Positions 37,606 through 48,200 of a stretch of DNA of 64,000 nt are shown here, piece after piece. Below the pieces are notes generated by a model that worked only from the letters and a program-made list of their open reading frames with translations, ran no database searches and was not told where the DNA came from. Made by a program: the position numbers and the translations under genes. Numbering within the stretch: position 1 is the first letter of the stretch; each line of letters starts with the position of its first letter. Origin of the DNA: a virus; IMG/VR virus record IMGVR_UViG_3300032323_000716, positions 1-64,000 of that record; one strand, given 5' to 3'.

Positions 37606-38249
37606 TGAGAAAAGCATTTAAAGCGGTTCTTCCAGACGAACCATATAAGACAACTACTAAAAAGAACATTACTGTAGATTGCATCTATACCGGAAGACGT
37701 TTCCTGTTGATCCGTTTAAATGGGGATGGTACTATGTTTGCTCTAGAAAGAGCAGCAGAGACAGAAGCAGAATTAGAGCCATTTAAAATGACTCCTGAGC
37801 AATTAGCACTAGATGGAGATACTTTCCAAATTGTGCTAGATGCAGAAGTCAATACTTGGGAAGCAGCACATATTACTCATGACTACGAACACGGTGAAGT
37901 TCCAAATTACAAGGAAACTTTGCCTACTGGAGAAGTCTATGAATATCACTACGATGACTTTTGTGCAGCCTTAGATCAGCCATTCTATGTCAATGATATG
38001 CGTTACGACATTCCAACTAAAACTTGGATACGTCCTCGATACAGAGTTCACGCTGTAACAAGACAAGATTTTCTTGCAGGCATGGCTATTCAGGCTAGAG
38101 TATTCAAAGAAGCATACGATAGCGGAAAATATCTAGCCCAAGATATGGAAAAATTCAAAGAATACTATGAATTTTGCCAATCTGTACCAACTAAGTACGC
38201 TAATGTAGATCATTGGAAGATTAACTGCCCAGCACCTCCAATTATCTAA
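37605..38249 (+). CDS. Putative tail fibre assembly chaperone
   Basis: 214 aa, coupled to the trio (TAATG overlap); C-terminal EYYEFCQSVPTKY...WKINCPAPP resembles the Y...L.D.P...I.WP..P end of tail assembly chaperones. Confidence 0.45.
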   Translation: MRKAFKAVLPDEPYKTTTKKNITVDCIYTGRRFLLIRLNGDGTMFALERAAETEAELEPFKMTPEQLALDGDTFQIVLDAEVNTWEAAHITHDYEHGEVPNYKETLPTGEVYEYHYDDFCAALDQPFYVNDMRYDIPTKTWIRPRYRVHAVTRQDFLAGMAIQARVFKEAYDSGKYLAQDMEKFKEYYEFCQSVPTKYANVDHWKINCPAPPII

Positions 38250-38263
38250 TTAATTTTTAAACC

Positions 38264-38320
38264 AAGAAAGGCCTTGTGCTTATATCCGAGAGGATATATA
38301 ATGCGTACAAGGCCTTTCTT
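38264..38320 (+). promoter_or_regulatory. Long hairpin containing a sigma70-type promoter
   Basis: 14-bp perfect outer stem AAGAAAGGCCTTGT/ACAAGGCCTTTCTT, inner stem TATATCC-GAGA-GGATATA; TTGTGC (38274-79), 17 nt, TATAAT (38297-302). Confidence 0.6.
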
Positions 38321-38332
38321 ATTGGAGTTTAA

Positions 38333-39274
38333 ATGACAAGATCCAAAGCATTTTTTGTAAACGGCGGTGCTGGCCGTATGATTACATCCGTACCTGCTTT
38401 TGAAAAATACGAACAAGAATCTGAAGATAAAGATTTTATTATCGTCTGCGAAGGTGGCACAGACGTATTTAAAGGACACCCAACCTTAGATTCTAGAACC
38501 TACGATGTGTGGCACAAGGGGTTATTCAAAGATTTTCTAAAAAACAGAGAAATCGTAACCACTGAACCTTACAGAATCTGGGAATACTATAATCAACAAT
38601 GTTCCATTGCCCAAGCGTTTGATATACAGATTAATAACAAAGGTATTAGAGAATTACCTAAACCTACATTACGCCTGAGCAAAGACGAACTATTAAATGG
38701 TCGCCAGGTTGTTACTCAAGTTAAAGAAAAATTAAAAAAAGATAAACTTGTGGTTCTTCAACCATTTGGCAGAGGTATCGAGTATATTGACGAAACGCTA
38801 GTAGATAGAACTGCTAGAAGTTTTGAATTAAAAGATGTTAAGCAAATAATTAAAAAATTACAGGAAAACGGATACGCTGTAATATTGATGAGCGAATTTA
38901 AGATTGACCTAGTTGACGCTAAACTCAAAGACGAAGTGGCCATGCCAGAAAATGTATCATTTAGAGTATGGGCTGCTATCGTTAAGTATGCAGATCATTT
39001 CTTAGGTTGCGACAGCCTGGGACAACATCTGTCTTACATTATGGAGACTCCGAGTACTGTGGTTACTGGATCTACATATCCTATTAACGTTTCTTATCCT
39101 GATTGCAAATATTTTGACATTCTAGATATGGGAGAAGTAAGTAGGGAGTACAGTCCTATTAGGATTCTACCAGACGAGCGAGTTGATAGATTGAACGAAA
39201 ATATCATGTCGATGAACGACGACATTACCACACTTATTGTAAATCACGTTTTAGGAAAAAAAGATGACAGTTAA
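38333..39274 (+). CDS. GT9/heptosyltransferase-like glycosyltransferase (GT-B fold)
   Basis: N-terminal NGGAGRMI, VVLQPFG, and C-terminal WAAIVKYADHFLGCDSLGQHLS..P.TVV.GST, matching the GT9 'AD.FIG.DS...H.A' motif. Confidence 0.7.
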   Translation: MTRSKAFFVNGGAGRMITSVPAFEKYEQESEDKDFIIVCEGGTDVFKGHPTLDSRTYDVWHKGLFKDFLKNREIVTTEPYRIWEYYNQQCSIAQAFDIQINNKGIRELPKPTLRLSKDELLNGRQVVTQVKEKLKKDKLVVLQPFGRGIEYIDETLVDRTARSFELKDVKQIIKKLQENGYAVILMSEFKIDLVDAKLKDEVAMPENVSFRVWAAIVKYADHFLGCDSLGQHLSYIMETPSTVVTGSTYPINVSYPDCKYFDILDMGEVSREYSPIRILPDERVDRLNENIMSMNDDITTLIVNHVLGKKDDS

Positions 39275-41096
39275 AACTATCGAATTAAAAAAAGAAAAAA
39301 AGCCTGTTTGGATTGCGGCAATTGCTCGAGGTCACAACAGTGGAGTTTGTCTTCTAAAAGACGGTGAAATAGTATTTGCCATAGAAGAAGAAAGATTCAC
39401 AAGACAAAAATATGACGGTGGTCCGCTTGCATCTATGGTCAAAATCTTAGAATACACGGACAAGTTAGATTATCTAATTATTGCACATACACAAAATCTG
39501 CAAGAAACTGCAGGAAAGATTGATTATACTGGCGACGATATTTACACTGGTTTGGCTAGAAAATTAAACTTGATCGATCGCAAAGTTAAAGATTTGCATC
39601 GCCATCCACAGGTCATTGATCTAAGTTTCATGCATCACAAATTACATTCTGCTTGTGCTTTTTATCGCAGCGGTTTCAAAGATGCTGTTAGCGTAGTAGT
39701 AGATGGCGCAGGTACGTTTTATCAAATGTCTTACAACGAAATGCCAATGTGGGTATGGGAAGTAGAATCTATTGTTAATTGTGATTATCCTGCAGAATTT
39801 AAAACACTTTACAAGCACTACGGAACCAAAGAACCTATTGCAGGTGCTTACATGCCTAACTTCCCGTCCAGCAATCTAGGCGAAGACGGCGAAACACACG
39901 AAGCATGGGTAACTGATCGTGCAGGTATTGTTAAAGCCTACGAAGGAGTTACAGAATACTGTGGTTTTTCAGCAATTGAGGCTGGCAAGACCATGGGACT
40001 ATTTCCTTACGGTAAACCCAACGACAAGATTCCTCCGTTGTTCGACGACACATCAAAGATTCCGTTAACTAACAGAAACTTGTTTGTTCCTAAGTACCCA
40101 ATGAGCAGCATGGTCAACGGAAATCTTTTTGACTTCTTAGACGAAATGCCTCAGAATCCCGGAGACGATGTTACATATCTACAGAGTCGCAGAGACATGG
40201 CCTATGCTGTGCAGACTCAGACACAAGAACAAGTTCTTAAATTGATTAAAGAATCAGTTAAGAGAACTGGTCGTAAGAATGTTGTGCTTAGTGGCGGTTA
40301 CGGTCTAAACTGTGTGGCCAACTATTATTATCTCACAGAACTAAACAAAGAAGGTATTAACCTATACGTCGAACCTATCAGCAATGATGCAGGAACAGCA
40401 ATTGGTGCTGCTCTTATGTTCTGGCACGGTATGCATCACGACGAAACTATTCGTGTACATGACAGTTTGTACCTTGGTCCTAAATATACATATTCTGTTG
40501 AAGAGATTGAAAGCAAAGTTGCTGCTATTAAAGATGCAGTAGTTACTGATGCTGCACACAAAGATGTTGTTAAGTTATTGCGTGAAAAGAATATTGTTAC
40601 TATTTTCCAAGGACGTTCAGAAAATGGTCCAAGAGCATTAGGCAATCGAAGTGTACTGTTTGACCCAACATTCAAAGACGGCAAAGACTTTGTAAACATG
40701 GTCAAGCGTCGTGAATACTTCCGTCCATTTGCTGGCAGTATTCTAGAAGAAGATGTTCATGAATGGTTTGATTTGCGTGGAATGAAAAATAGTCCGTTTA
40801 TGATGTACGCTGTTAACTGCCAACCGGGCGTTGAGGAAAAGATTCCAAGTATTATTCACGAGGATCATACCTGCCGTATTCAAACAGTTAATCGCGAGCA
40901 AAATCCTCACTACTACGATTTGATTAAAACATTCAAAGACGAAACTGGAATTCCTATTGTTTTCAATACCAGTTTTAATCTAGGCGGCGAACCCCTAGTA
41001 GAAACACTAGACGATGCACTATGGACCTTAGAAAAGTCCGATATTGAGTATCTGTATCTTCCTGAATACGGAAAATTAGTTAAAGTTCCTAATTAA
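39264..41096 (+). CDS. Carbamoyltransferase, NodU/CmcH/TobZ family
   Basis: GHNSGVCL..DG..FAIEEERFTRQK, HHKLHSACAFY, VVDGAG, GKTMGL, SGGYGLNCVAN, NDAGTAIG, ENGPRALGNRS, KRREYFRPFA and NTSFNLGGEPLVET. Confidence 0.92.
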   Translation: MTVKTIELKKEKKPVWIAAIARGHNSGVCLLKDGEIVFAIEEERFTRQKYDGGPLASMVKILEYTDKLDYLIIAHTQNLQETAGKIDYTGDDIYTGLARKLNLIDRKVKDLHRHPQVIDLSFMHHKLHSACAFYRSGFKDAVSVVVDGAGTFYQMSYNEMPMWVWEVESIVNCDYPAEFKTLYKHYGTKEPIAGAYMPNFPSSNLGEDGETHEAWVTDRAGIVKAYEGVTEYCGFSAIEAGKTMGLFPYGKPNDKIPPLFDDTSKIPLTNRNLFVPKYPMSSMVNGNLFDFLDEMPQNPGDDVTYLQSRRDMAYAVQTQTQEQVLKLIKESVKRTGRKNVVLSGGYGLNCVANYYYLTELNKEGINLYVEPISNDAGTAIGAALMFWHGMHHDETIRVHDSLYLGPKYTYSVEEIESKVAAIKDAVVTDAAHKDVVKLLREKNIVTIFQGRSENGPRALGNRSVLFDPTFKDGKDFVNMVKRREYFRPFAGSILEEDVHEWFDLRGMKNSPFMMYAVNCQPGVEEKIPSIIHEDHTCRIQTVNREQNPHYYDLIKTFKDETGIPIVFNTSFNLGGEPLVETLDDALWTLEKSDIEYLYLPEYGKLVKVPN

Positions 41097-41101
41097 GGTA
41101 T

Positions 41102-41135
41102 ATCCGATCTATGGTAAATACACTATAGATCGGAT
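41102..41135 (+). promoter_or_regulatory. Inverted repeat with a TAAATA late-promoter box at its apex
   Basis: ATCCGATCTAT...ATAGATCGGAT arms; TAAATA at 41115-41120; the 3' arm ends 5 nt before the ATG at 41141. Confidence 0.6.
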
Positions 41136-41140
41136 TTCTT

Positions 41141-41578
41141 ATGTTAAATTTTGCTAGTTTTTTCTTACAAGGATTAAAAAATACACTGCGTTTACAGAAC
41201 GGAGTGAATTTCTCCTATAAAGGGCCGTGGATGCTCTTTACGGAAAATGCTGTCTTGGACGAATTCTATGTGGGCGATTTTATGGCTGCAGAATATACTA
41301 TCGTTGTAGACGCAGGTAACACAAGAAAAGAAATGATCAAAGCCCTAGTTGTAGCAGGACCAGAATCTGCTACAGTTACAGTCTATGGCAGAACCAATCT
41401 CAGCGAAAATCTAATAGATCTAAACGTTCTAGTTACTGCTTCAAAGTGCTCTGTAACTATTCGTGGAGCCAACAGTCCTACAGACAGTACCTACGATAAT
41501 TCGACTCTGCTGACCGGTGCTAAGGTGATTTACAGTGCTAATTATTATCATACTGTAAACGCTTTGGTACCTTATTAA
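41141..41578 (+). CDS. Hypothetical virion structural protein
   Basis: 145 aa, beta-rich (AAEYTIVVD...KEMIKALVVA....TVYGR). Confidence 0.55.
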   Translation: MLNFASFFLQGLKNTLRLQNGVNFSYKGPWMLFTENAVLDEFYVGDFMAAEYTIVVDAGNTRKEMIKALVVAGPESATVTVYGRTNLSENLIDLNVLVTASKCSVTIRGANSPTDSTYDNSTLLTGAKVIYSANYYHTVNALVPY

Positions 41579-41647
41579 ATATTACCCTGACTAAATACTA
41601 TCATAGTCTTTGTAGTAGTTGTAGTAGGAGTGATAGCGGAGATCTAA

Positions 41648-42244
41648 ATGTCAATCAATTATATACCTTTTGAGTCTAAAAGCGGGTTTCGTAGCCCAGG
41701 GTTCTCAGTAGACGAATTAGGCAATGTGCAGGTCAGGACCCTTGAAGTTGGCGGTCGAGGCGAGGAAAGCATCTTACGTGCCGACCAAATTTATGTAAAA
41801 AATATCCAATTAATAGAAGCCGATTTTGACGAATCGTCTTTGGTTGCGTTAGGCAGCCAAATCATCGGTAGTTCTTTAACAAGACTAGGAACATTAGAAT
41901 TTCTAAATATTGACGGGGATCTACGTATTGCTCAAGGCTCGTCGCCATACTTTAGTGTGGTTAACGGGCATGTTGAAATAGAAAGTTTTGCCGCAGTAGG
42001 CAGAATGGATAACATCGAAATTGGATTACAAAATCCAGCAGCAGGAAATTTTACCACACTTAATGTAGGACCAGGCGATAGCACAGGAGAATTAACTGTG
42101 CAAGGAAATGCCAGTGTAACCAACGATATCAGTATAGGAGGCGATGTATCTATCACCAATGCTCCTTCTTTGAACTCTCACGCTACAAGAAAAGATTATG
42201 TTGATGCAAGAATTTCTGCTTTCGCTATTGCTTTTGGAGCATAA
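41648..42244 (+). CDS. Fibre-like virion protein
   Basis: 198 aa; MDNIEIGLQNPAAGNFTTL, HATRKDYVD, C-terminal SAFAIAFGA. Confidence 0.6.
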   Translation: MSINYIPFESKSGFRSPGFSVDELGNVQVRTLEVGGRGEESILRADQIYVKNIQLIEADFDESSLVALGSQIIGSSLTRLGTLEFLNIDGDLRIAQGSSPYFSVVNGHVEIESFAAVGRMDNIEIGLQNPAAGNFTTLNVGPGDSTGELTVQGNASVTNDISIGGDVSITNAPSLNSHATRKDYVDARISAFAIAFGA

Positions 42245-42256
42245 GGAAAATTATAA

Positions 42257-45200
42257 ATGGCTAAGAAACAATTAAAAAATTATGTATTTGAACCAGGTAT
42301 CAGTAAAAACGATAACCTGTATCCCAGAGCAGTGGCTTTACTATCTGCCAACAAAGCCTTTTTACAGGCACAGGTAGTAGCGTTTATTAATAATCAAATA
42401 ACAAACAACGTTGCTCCGTATGTAAGTTATACATATGCTAGTCAGAAATGTACTAGAGACGTAGGATTTTTTATTGATGCAATATTACACGATCTAAGAT
42501 ACGGTGGAAATGTTAAGTGTCGTCAAGTTGCTGATTATTTCTGGATCGACGGCGAGCCACAGATTCGTGGAGATGTTACTCCTGAAACAACTGCTCAGAC
42601 ATATCTTAGAACCATTATTAATAATTTTATTTTTACAAATACATCAGTATCTCCTAGTTATGGTAACACTGTGTCGCAGGCTTTCATCCTTGGTCAAAAT
42701 GCAGAAACAGGAGCAGATACTAGAAATACTACGCTGTGGAATATTTTTACAGATGTTATTACCAATGGTACTCCTGCTATGCCAGCAAAAATTCCTGGCG
42801 TATCATCCATTCGTTTAGTTGGACAGATAGATATAAGTTCAATTTTGTTAATCACAGATGTTAACAGCGGACAGATACTTTATAATTTTGCCGATGCTAA
42901 CAACTCTGTTACAGTTTCCTATAAACAAGGTCGTAGTAGCAGTGACGGCCAATTGTTAAGTGATGTAGATTTTCAATCTTGGTGGCAGGCTAGCGATTCT
43001 ATCACTGACATGTTCCTTAGCACAGATACTAGCAGTCTTTCATCAGGATCCGAATTACAGATTTTTGTAGAAGAAGAATATCAAACTATTAGACCTTGGC
43101 AATTCGGCACAGATGCTATTGAGCGTATGCGTGTTGCTGCTCCGCAGGCCATGCTTGACGCTGACTTTGAGTACGGACTACAGCCAACTAAGTGGCAGGC
43201 ATTGGGTACTATTCGTATGTACCCGTCAGTTTTTGAAGTTCCTGGCACAGATCTAGGAGTTTCTAACGTTATCACAGATGCTTCAGTAAACACTGGCGGG
43301 TTTGGTTCTTCATTGATCACCGTTACTACTTCTGGAGTACACGGATTTTCAATAGGACAACCTATAACAGTTAAAGGTCTCAATGCAGGACTAAGTGGTT
43401 TTGCTAGAGCAGAAGGATCGTTTTTAATCTATAGTATTCCAAGTTCTGTAAGTTTTACCTATTTTGCCAGTGCTAAGGTTGGTACGAACTCTGGCGATAG
43501 TTTGTTTACTACATTTACACAGATTCGTCAGGCAGGTTTTTATACTGGAGCATCTATTGGCACACCAACATTTTCAGTGTTCAGTAACGGTACTGTCAAT
43601 AACATAACATCTAAGTTTGATACTCCTTCGGGCAGTTTTTCCATAGCCTTTAACGGAACCTCTCCAACAGTTGGCTCTCCTATTTCTGGAAGCCCGAATA
43701 TTGCTGCTGGTACTTCAGTGGCTGGTGTAATTGGATCGGGGACCGTAGTAGCAAGAGTTAAAGAAACTGTAAGTTCAACGTCAGATACTTCTATAAGAAT
43801 AGTAGATTTAACTGGAATACAACAGCAAATGGCTCTTGATGCTGCCGGCGATGCTGTGTTTATTAACTCAATATCAGGAGACCAATTAACACTTTCTGGA
43901 GCAATAGGATCCACTTATACAGGTGCCAACGGTACCAATGCAACAGTAACTGGTACAAATATTACTCCTATTGGCACAGGCGCAACATTTACAGTTTTTA
44001 GAAGTTCAGGATTTTATACAGTTACAGATGCAGGCGACAGTACATGGAACGGAACCAATTATGCCGTAGGTGATAATTTATTAATTTTAGGAACTTCTTT
44101 AGGAGGTGCCTCACCAGCCAACGACGTCACAGTTGTGGTTACTGCCATTGACTCGGGTGGCGCCATTGAAGGTTTTACATCTGCAGGTAATGCAGTTACT
44201 GGCGGTGCTACATATACCAACGTAGCACAATTTTCCAGCACTGGTGGCGGATCAGGATTTTTAATAGACGTTGTTCGAGCAGGCGGAACAGGTATATATA
44301 ATATAACGCTGGCCGCAGGTGGAACTAGTTATAGTCCCGGCGACACTGTAACATTTGCAGGTACAGACTTAGGCGGATCAAGTCCGGCTAACGATATTGT
44401 TATTCAAATTAATGGAGTAGGCTTTCCTAGTCAAAACGTAGTAGACTATGAAATTGTTGGTACTCCAGTAGGCGCATCAGGTGACGCATCATACACATCA
44501 GTGTCTGCTTCTAACATTCCAGCATCTGGTTCTGGCGCTGAGTTTGACATTACTAGAAATAACGGAGTCTATACCGCAGCCATTGCAGTCCTAGGAGACG
44601 GCGGCGGCGGTTATAATATTGGAAACAGAATTAGAATTTTAGGTACAAGTTTAAATGGTGCATCGCCAGCAAATGACTGTATTGTAAGAGTGAGCGGTGC
44701 TACCGGTGGAATTATTACATCTGTAACAGCAGAAGGAACTCCTTATGCAGGTGATACAATTTCTATCTATCCAACATTAAGTATCAGTGAAGCATTAACA
44801 GGAGCAATTTTAGACGGTTCAGTATTGAATACTGGCGCAATTGCTACTATACAGGTAGACTTCAGTTCCCCACACGGACTAGTACCCGGAACTACAGTTC
44901 TTACACAGGTAACTTCACAGCCTGCTCCTGAATTTGCATCACAGTCTAGAACACTACCAGCATCCGGCACATGGACTGGTGCAGCGGGTCTAAACGGAAT
45001 ATTTGTTGCTGTATTATCTGGATCTAGCGTTTCTGCTAGATCTACAGATGGTCAATCATGGGAAGCAGGAGGCAATATGCCTTCTGGAGCAGCATGGAAA
45101 TCAGTGACTGCAGGAACTATAGGATCAACTAATTATTTTGTAGCAGTAGCCAACGGTCCTTCGACCGCAGCAGCATGGTCGGCAAATGGCGGTACCACAT

Positions 45201-48200
45201 GGGCTGCCTCTACACTACCTAGCAATTCGAACTGGAGTTCAATAACATTTGGAGATGGTAGATTTGTAGCAGTTGCTTCTGGCGGAACTGCCACAGCATT
45301 CTCCACAGACGGCGGCCAAACTTGGTCATCAGGCGGTGCATTATCAACATCAACTACATGGACTGATGTAGCAGCGGGTCTAGTAGGTACCAGCGTTTAT
45401 TTTGTAGCCATAGCCTCGGGCGGTACAGTAGCAAACTATTCTGCAGATGGCGGCGTATCTTGGATAGCCACCGGAGCATTGCCAGCAACAGCAACATGGA
45501 CTAGTTTAGCATACGGAAATAACAGATTCTTTGCTGTGGCTTCAGGAGGAACTACTTCTGCATTTTCAACTAACGGTACAACATGGACAGCCGCAACATT
45601 GCCTAGCAGTGCTACTTGGAGTTCAGTGGCCTATGGCGACGATGTGTTTTTAGTTGTGGCTTCTGGTAGCACATCGGCATTAACATCATTTACCGGTGAA
45701 ACAGGTTCGTTCACTGCAAGAACACTGTCTGCTACTTCTAACTGGTCTGAACTTGCATACACCGCTTATACTGGTTTTGGTAGATTTGTTGCAGTAGGAA
45801 ATACTACTGCGGCTCAAAGCATAGACCTTACTTCCGCTAATCACCAATTGGGCACTGGTCCTCACGTAGTTACTGCGGTCCCTGCACCATCTACTATAAG
45901 ATTCCCGGCAAGAACTACTGGTACTATTAATACAGCAACCGCTTCTATGACCGGTGTTGTATATGCAAGACCTGATGCGTTCTTTACTCACAGACCGTTT
46001 GACGGCGGTGTACAATTAGGTACAGGAAACCCGAGTCACGGTGCGCAGGCCATACGTCAAAGTAAAAAATATATCCGTTACCAATCTGGTAAAGGTATGA
46101 TGTATACCACTGGTGGTTTATTTGCTCCTAGTTATAACATTGCCAGTGCTACAGCCGTTGATACTGTGATTAACAGTTTTATCACGGTGACACTAGATGA
46201 CACAGATCATGGTCTACAACCGGGTGCTATTGTTGAAATCATTGGTATGTTGTCATTTGAGTATAACGGAGAATATACAGTTGAAAGTATTGTCGATGCT
46301 CGTAGATTCCGAGTTAGAGCAGGAGTAACTCTAAGTACAACATCGGCACAATTAGGTCCTGATTGTAAAGTATTATTAAAACGTTGGCACGGTGCCACAG
46401 TTCGTATTGGTGCATTTGACGAACAGAATGGTATTTTTTATCAATATGATGGCCAAGAAATGGCAGTTGTTAGAAGATCTAGCACAAATCAATTAACAGG
46501 TACAGTATCTATCTCTGTTGATAGTAACAGTGTATTTGGTACAGGAACTAGATTTACTGAACAATTAAAAGTTGGCGATAAAATTGTTATTAGAGGTATG
46601 AGTCATTTAGTTACTTCTATCACTAATAACACATCTATGACGGTGGCTCCAGACTGGAGGGGTGCTAATACAATTTCCGGTGCTAAGATCTGTGTCACTG
46701 AAGAATTATATATTCCCCAAAGCCAATGGAATCTTGACAAATTAGACGGTACTGGCGCTAGTGGATATAATTTATTACCATGGCGTATGCAGATGTTAGG
46801 TATGCAATATTCATGGTACGCTGCAGGTTTCATTGAATGGATGATGCGTGGCGCAGATGGTAGATTTGTATTCTTACACAAAGTTAGAAATTCAAACGTA
46901 AACACAGAAGCATATATGCGTACTGCTAACTTGCCTGTGCGTTACGAAGTTGAAAACAGATCAGCCGTAGGAAAATTAGCCGAAACTATTAATAGTACAG
47001 CAACTAGTTTAAGAGTTACAGATGCTAGTCGCTTCCCAACATCTGGAACATTGTATATTGACAACGAATTAATTTCTTATTCTGGAAAATCTGGAAATAC
47101 ATTAACCAGTCTAACTAGGGCTGCAACTTTCTTGGCATTTACTGCTGGACAGAATAGAACTTTTTCTGCAGGTTCTGCAGTAACTCACAGTGAAGGCGCA
47201 GGAGTAACACTGGTAAGTTGTACAACTAGTCCAACAATCAGTCACTGGGGTTCTGCTCTGTTAACAGATGGATTATTTGACGAAGATCGAGGCTACATTT
47301 TTAACTATGCTGCAACGGGTTTGAGTATTACTACTGCTAAACAAACAGCATTTATGATTCGATTAGCACCTTCAGTTTCTAACGCTATTGTTGGAGACCT
47401 TGGAGAAAGAGATCTTCTTAACAGAGCGCAGTTATTGTTAAATGAGATTGCTGTTACCAGCGATACTGGTTCAGGAGCCATTGTTGTTGAAGGTATTTTA
47501 AACCCAAGAAACTATCCTGCTAACCCAACTAACATTACTTGGGCGGGATTATCAAGTTCAGCGGCAGGTGGACAACCAAGTTTTGCTCAAATTGCACTAG
47601 GTGGTTCCATTAACTGGGGTGGCGTACCTTTAACCACAACTACCGCAACTATTCAAGGTGCATTAACAACAACAATAACAGCAAGAGGCTTTTCTACAGT
47701 TACTCAAATATTAACTGCTATAGCAAACAGTGGATTTAGAACTCAGGCTTTTCTAAATACTCAAAATGATTTCTATATAACTAACTCTGCATTTGATGGT
47801 ATTCAGGCTGGTGCAACACCTATACGTGTTGGAGATAGACTAAGTCTAACAACATTTATTACTGGTGGTCAGACTATTTCTAATTTTACAAGAAACTTCT
47901 CAAACAGCGGTTTTACTAGAATAGTAATGAGCGCCAATGCCAACGGTAACAGTGCGGCATTTGCCAATCAATCTGTAACCTGCACAAATAGTATTTCAAC
48001 TGGTTATGCCAGTGCGTTTGTTAACGGTAGAACAGATTTCTTGATCGCAGATACAGATCTTACTACATCAAATTTAACAGTTGGTGATACATTAAGTGTG
48101 GCTTCATTCTTGATCAGTAATCAAACAGTGCAATCTATCACATCGTCATTTGCAAGAGTTTCTGGAACTAACTTTACTCGTATAGTTATGAGTTCTGCTG

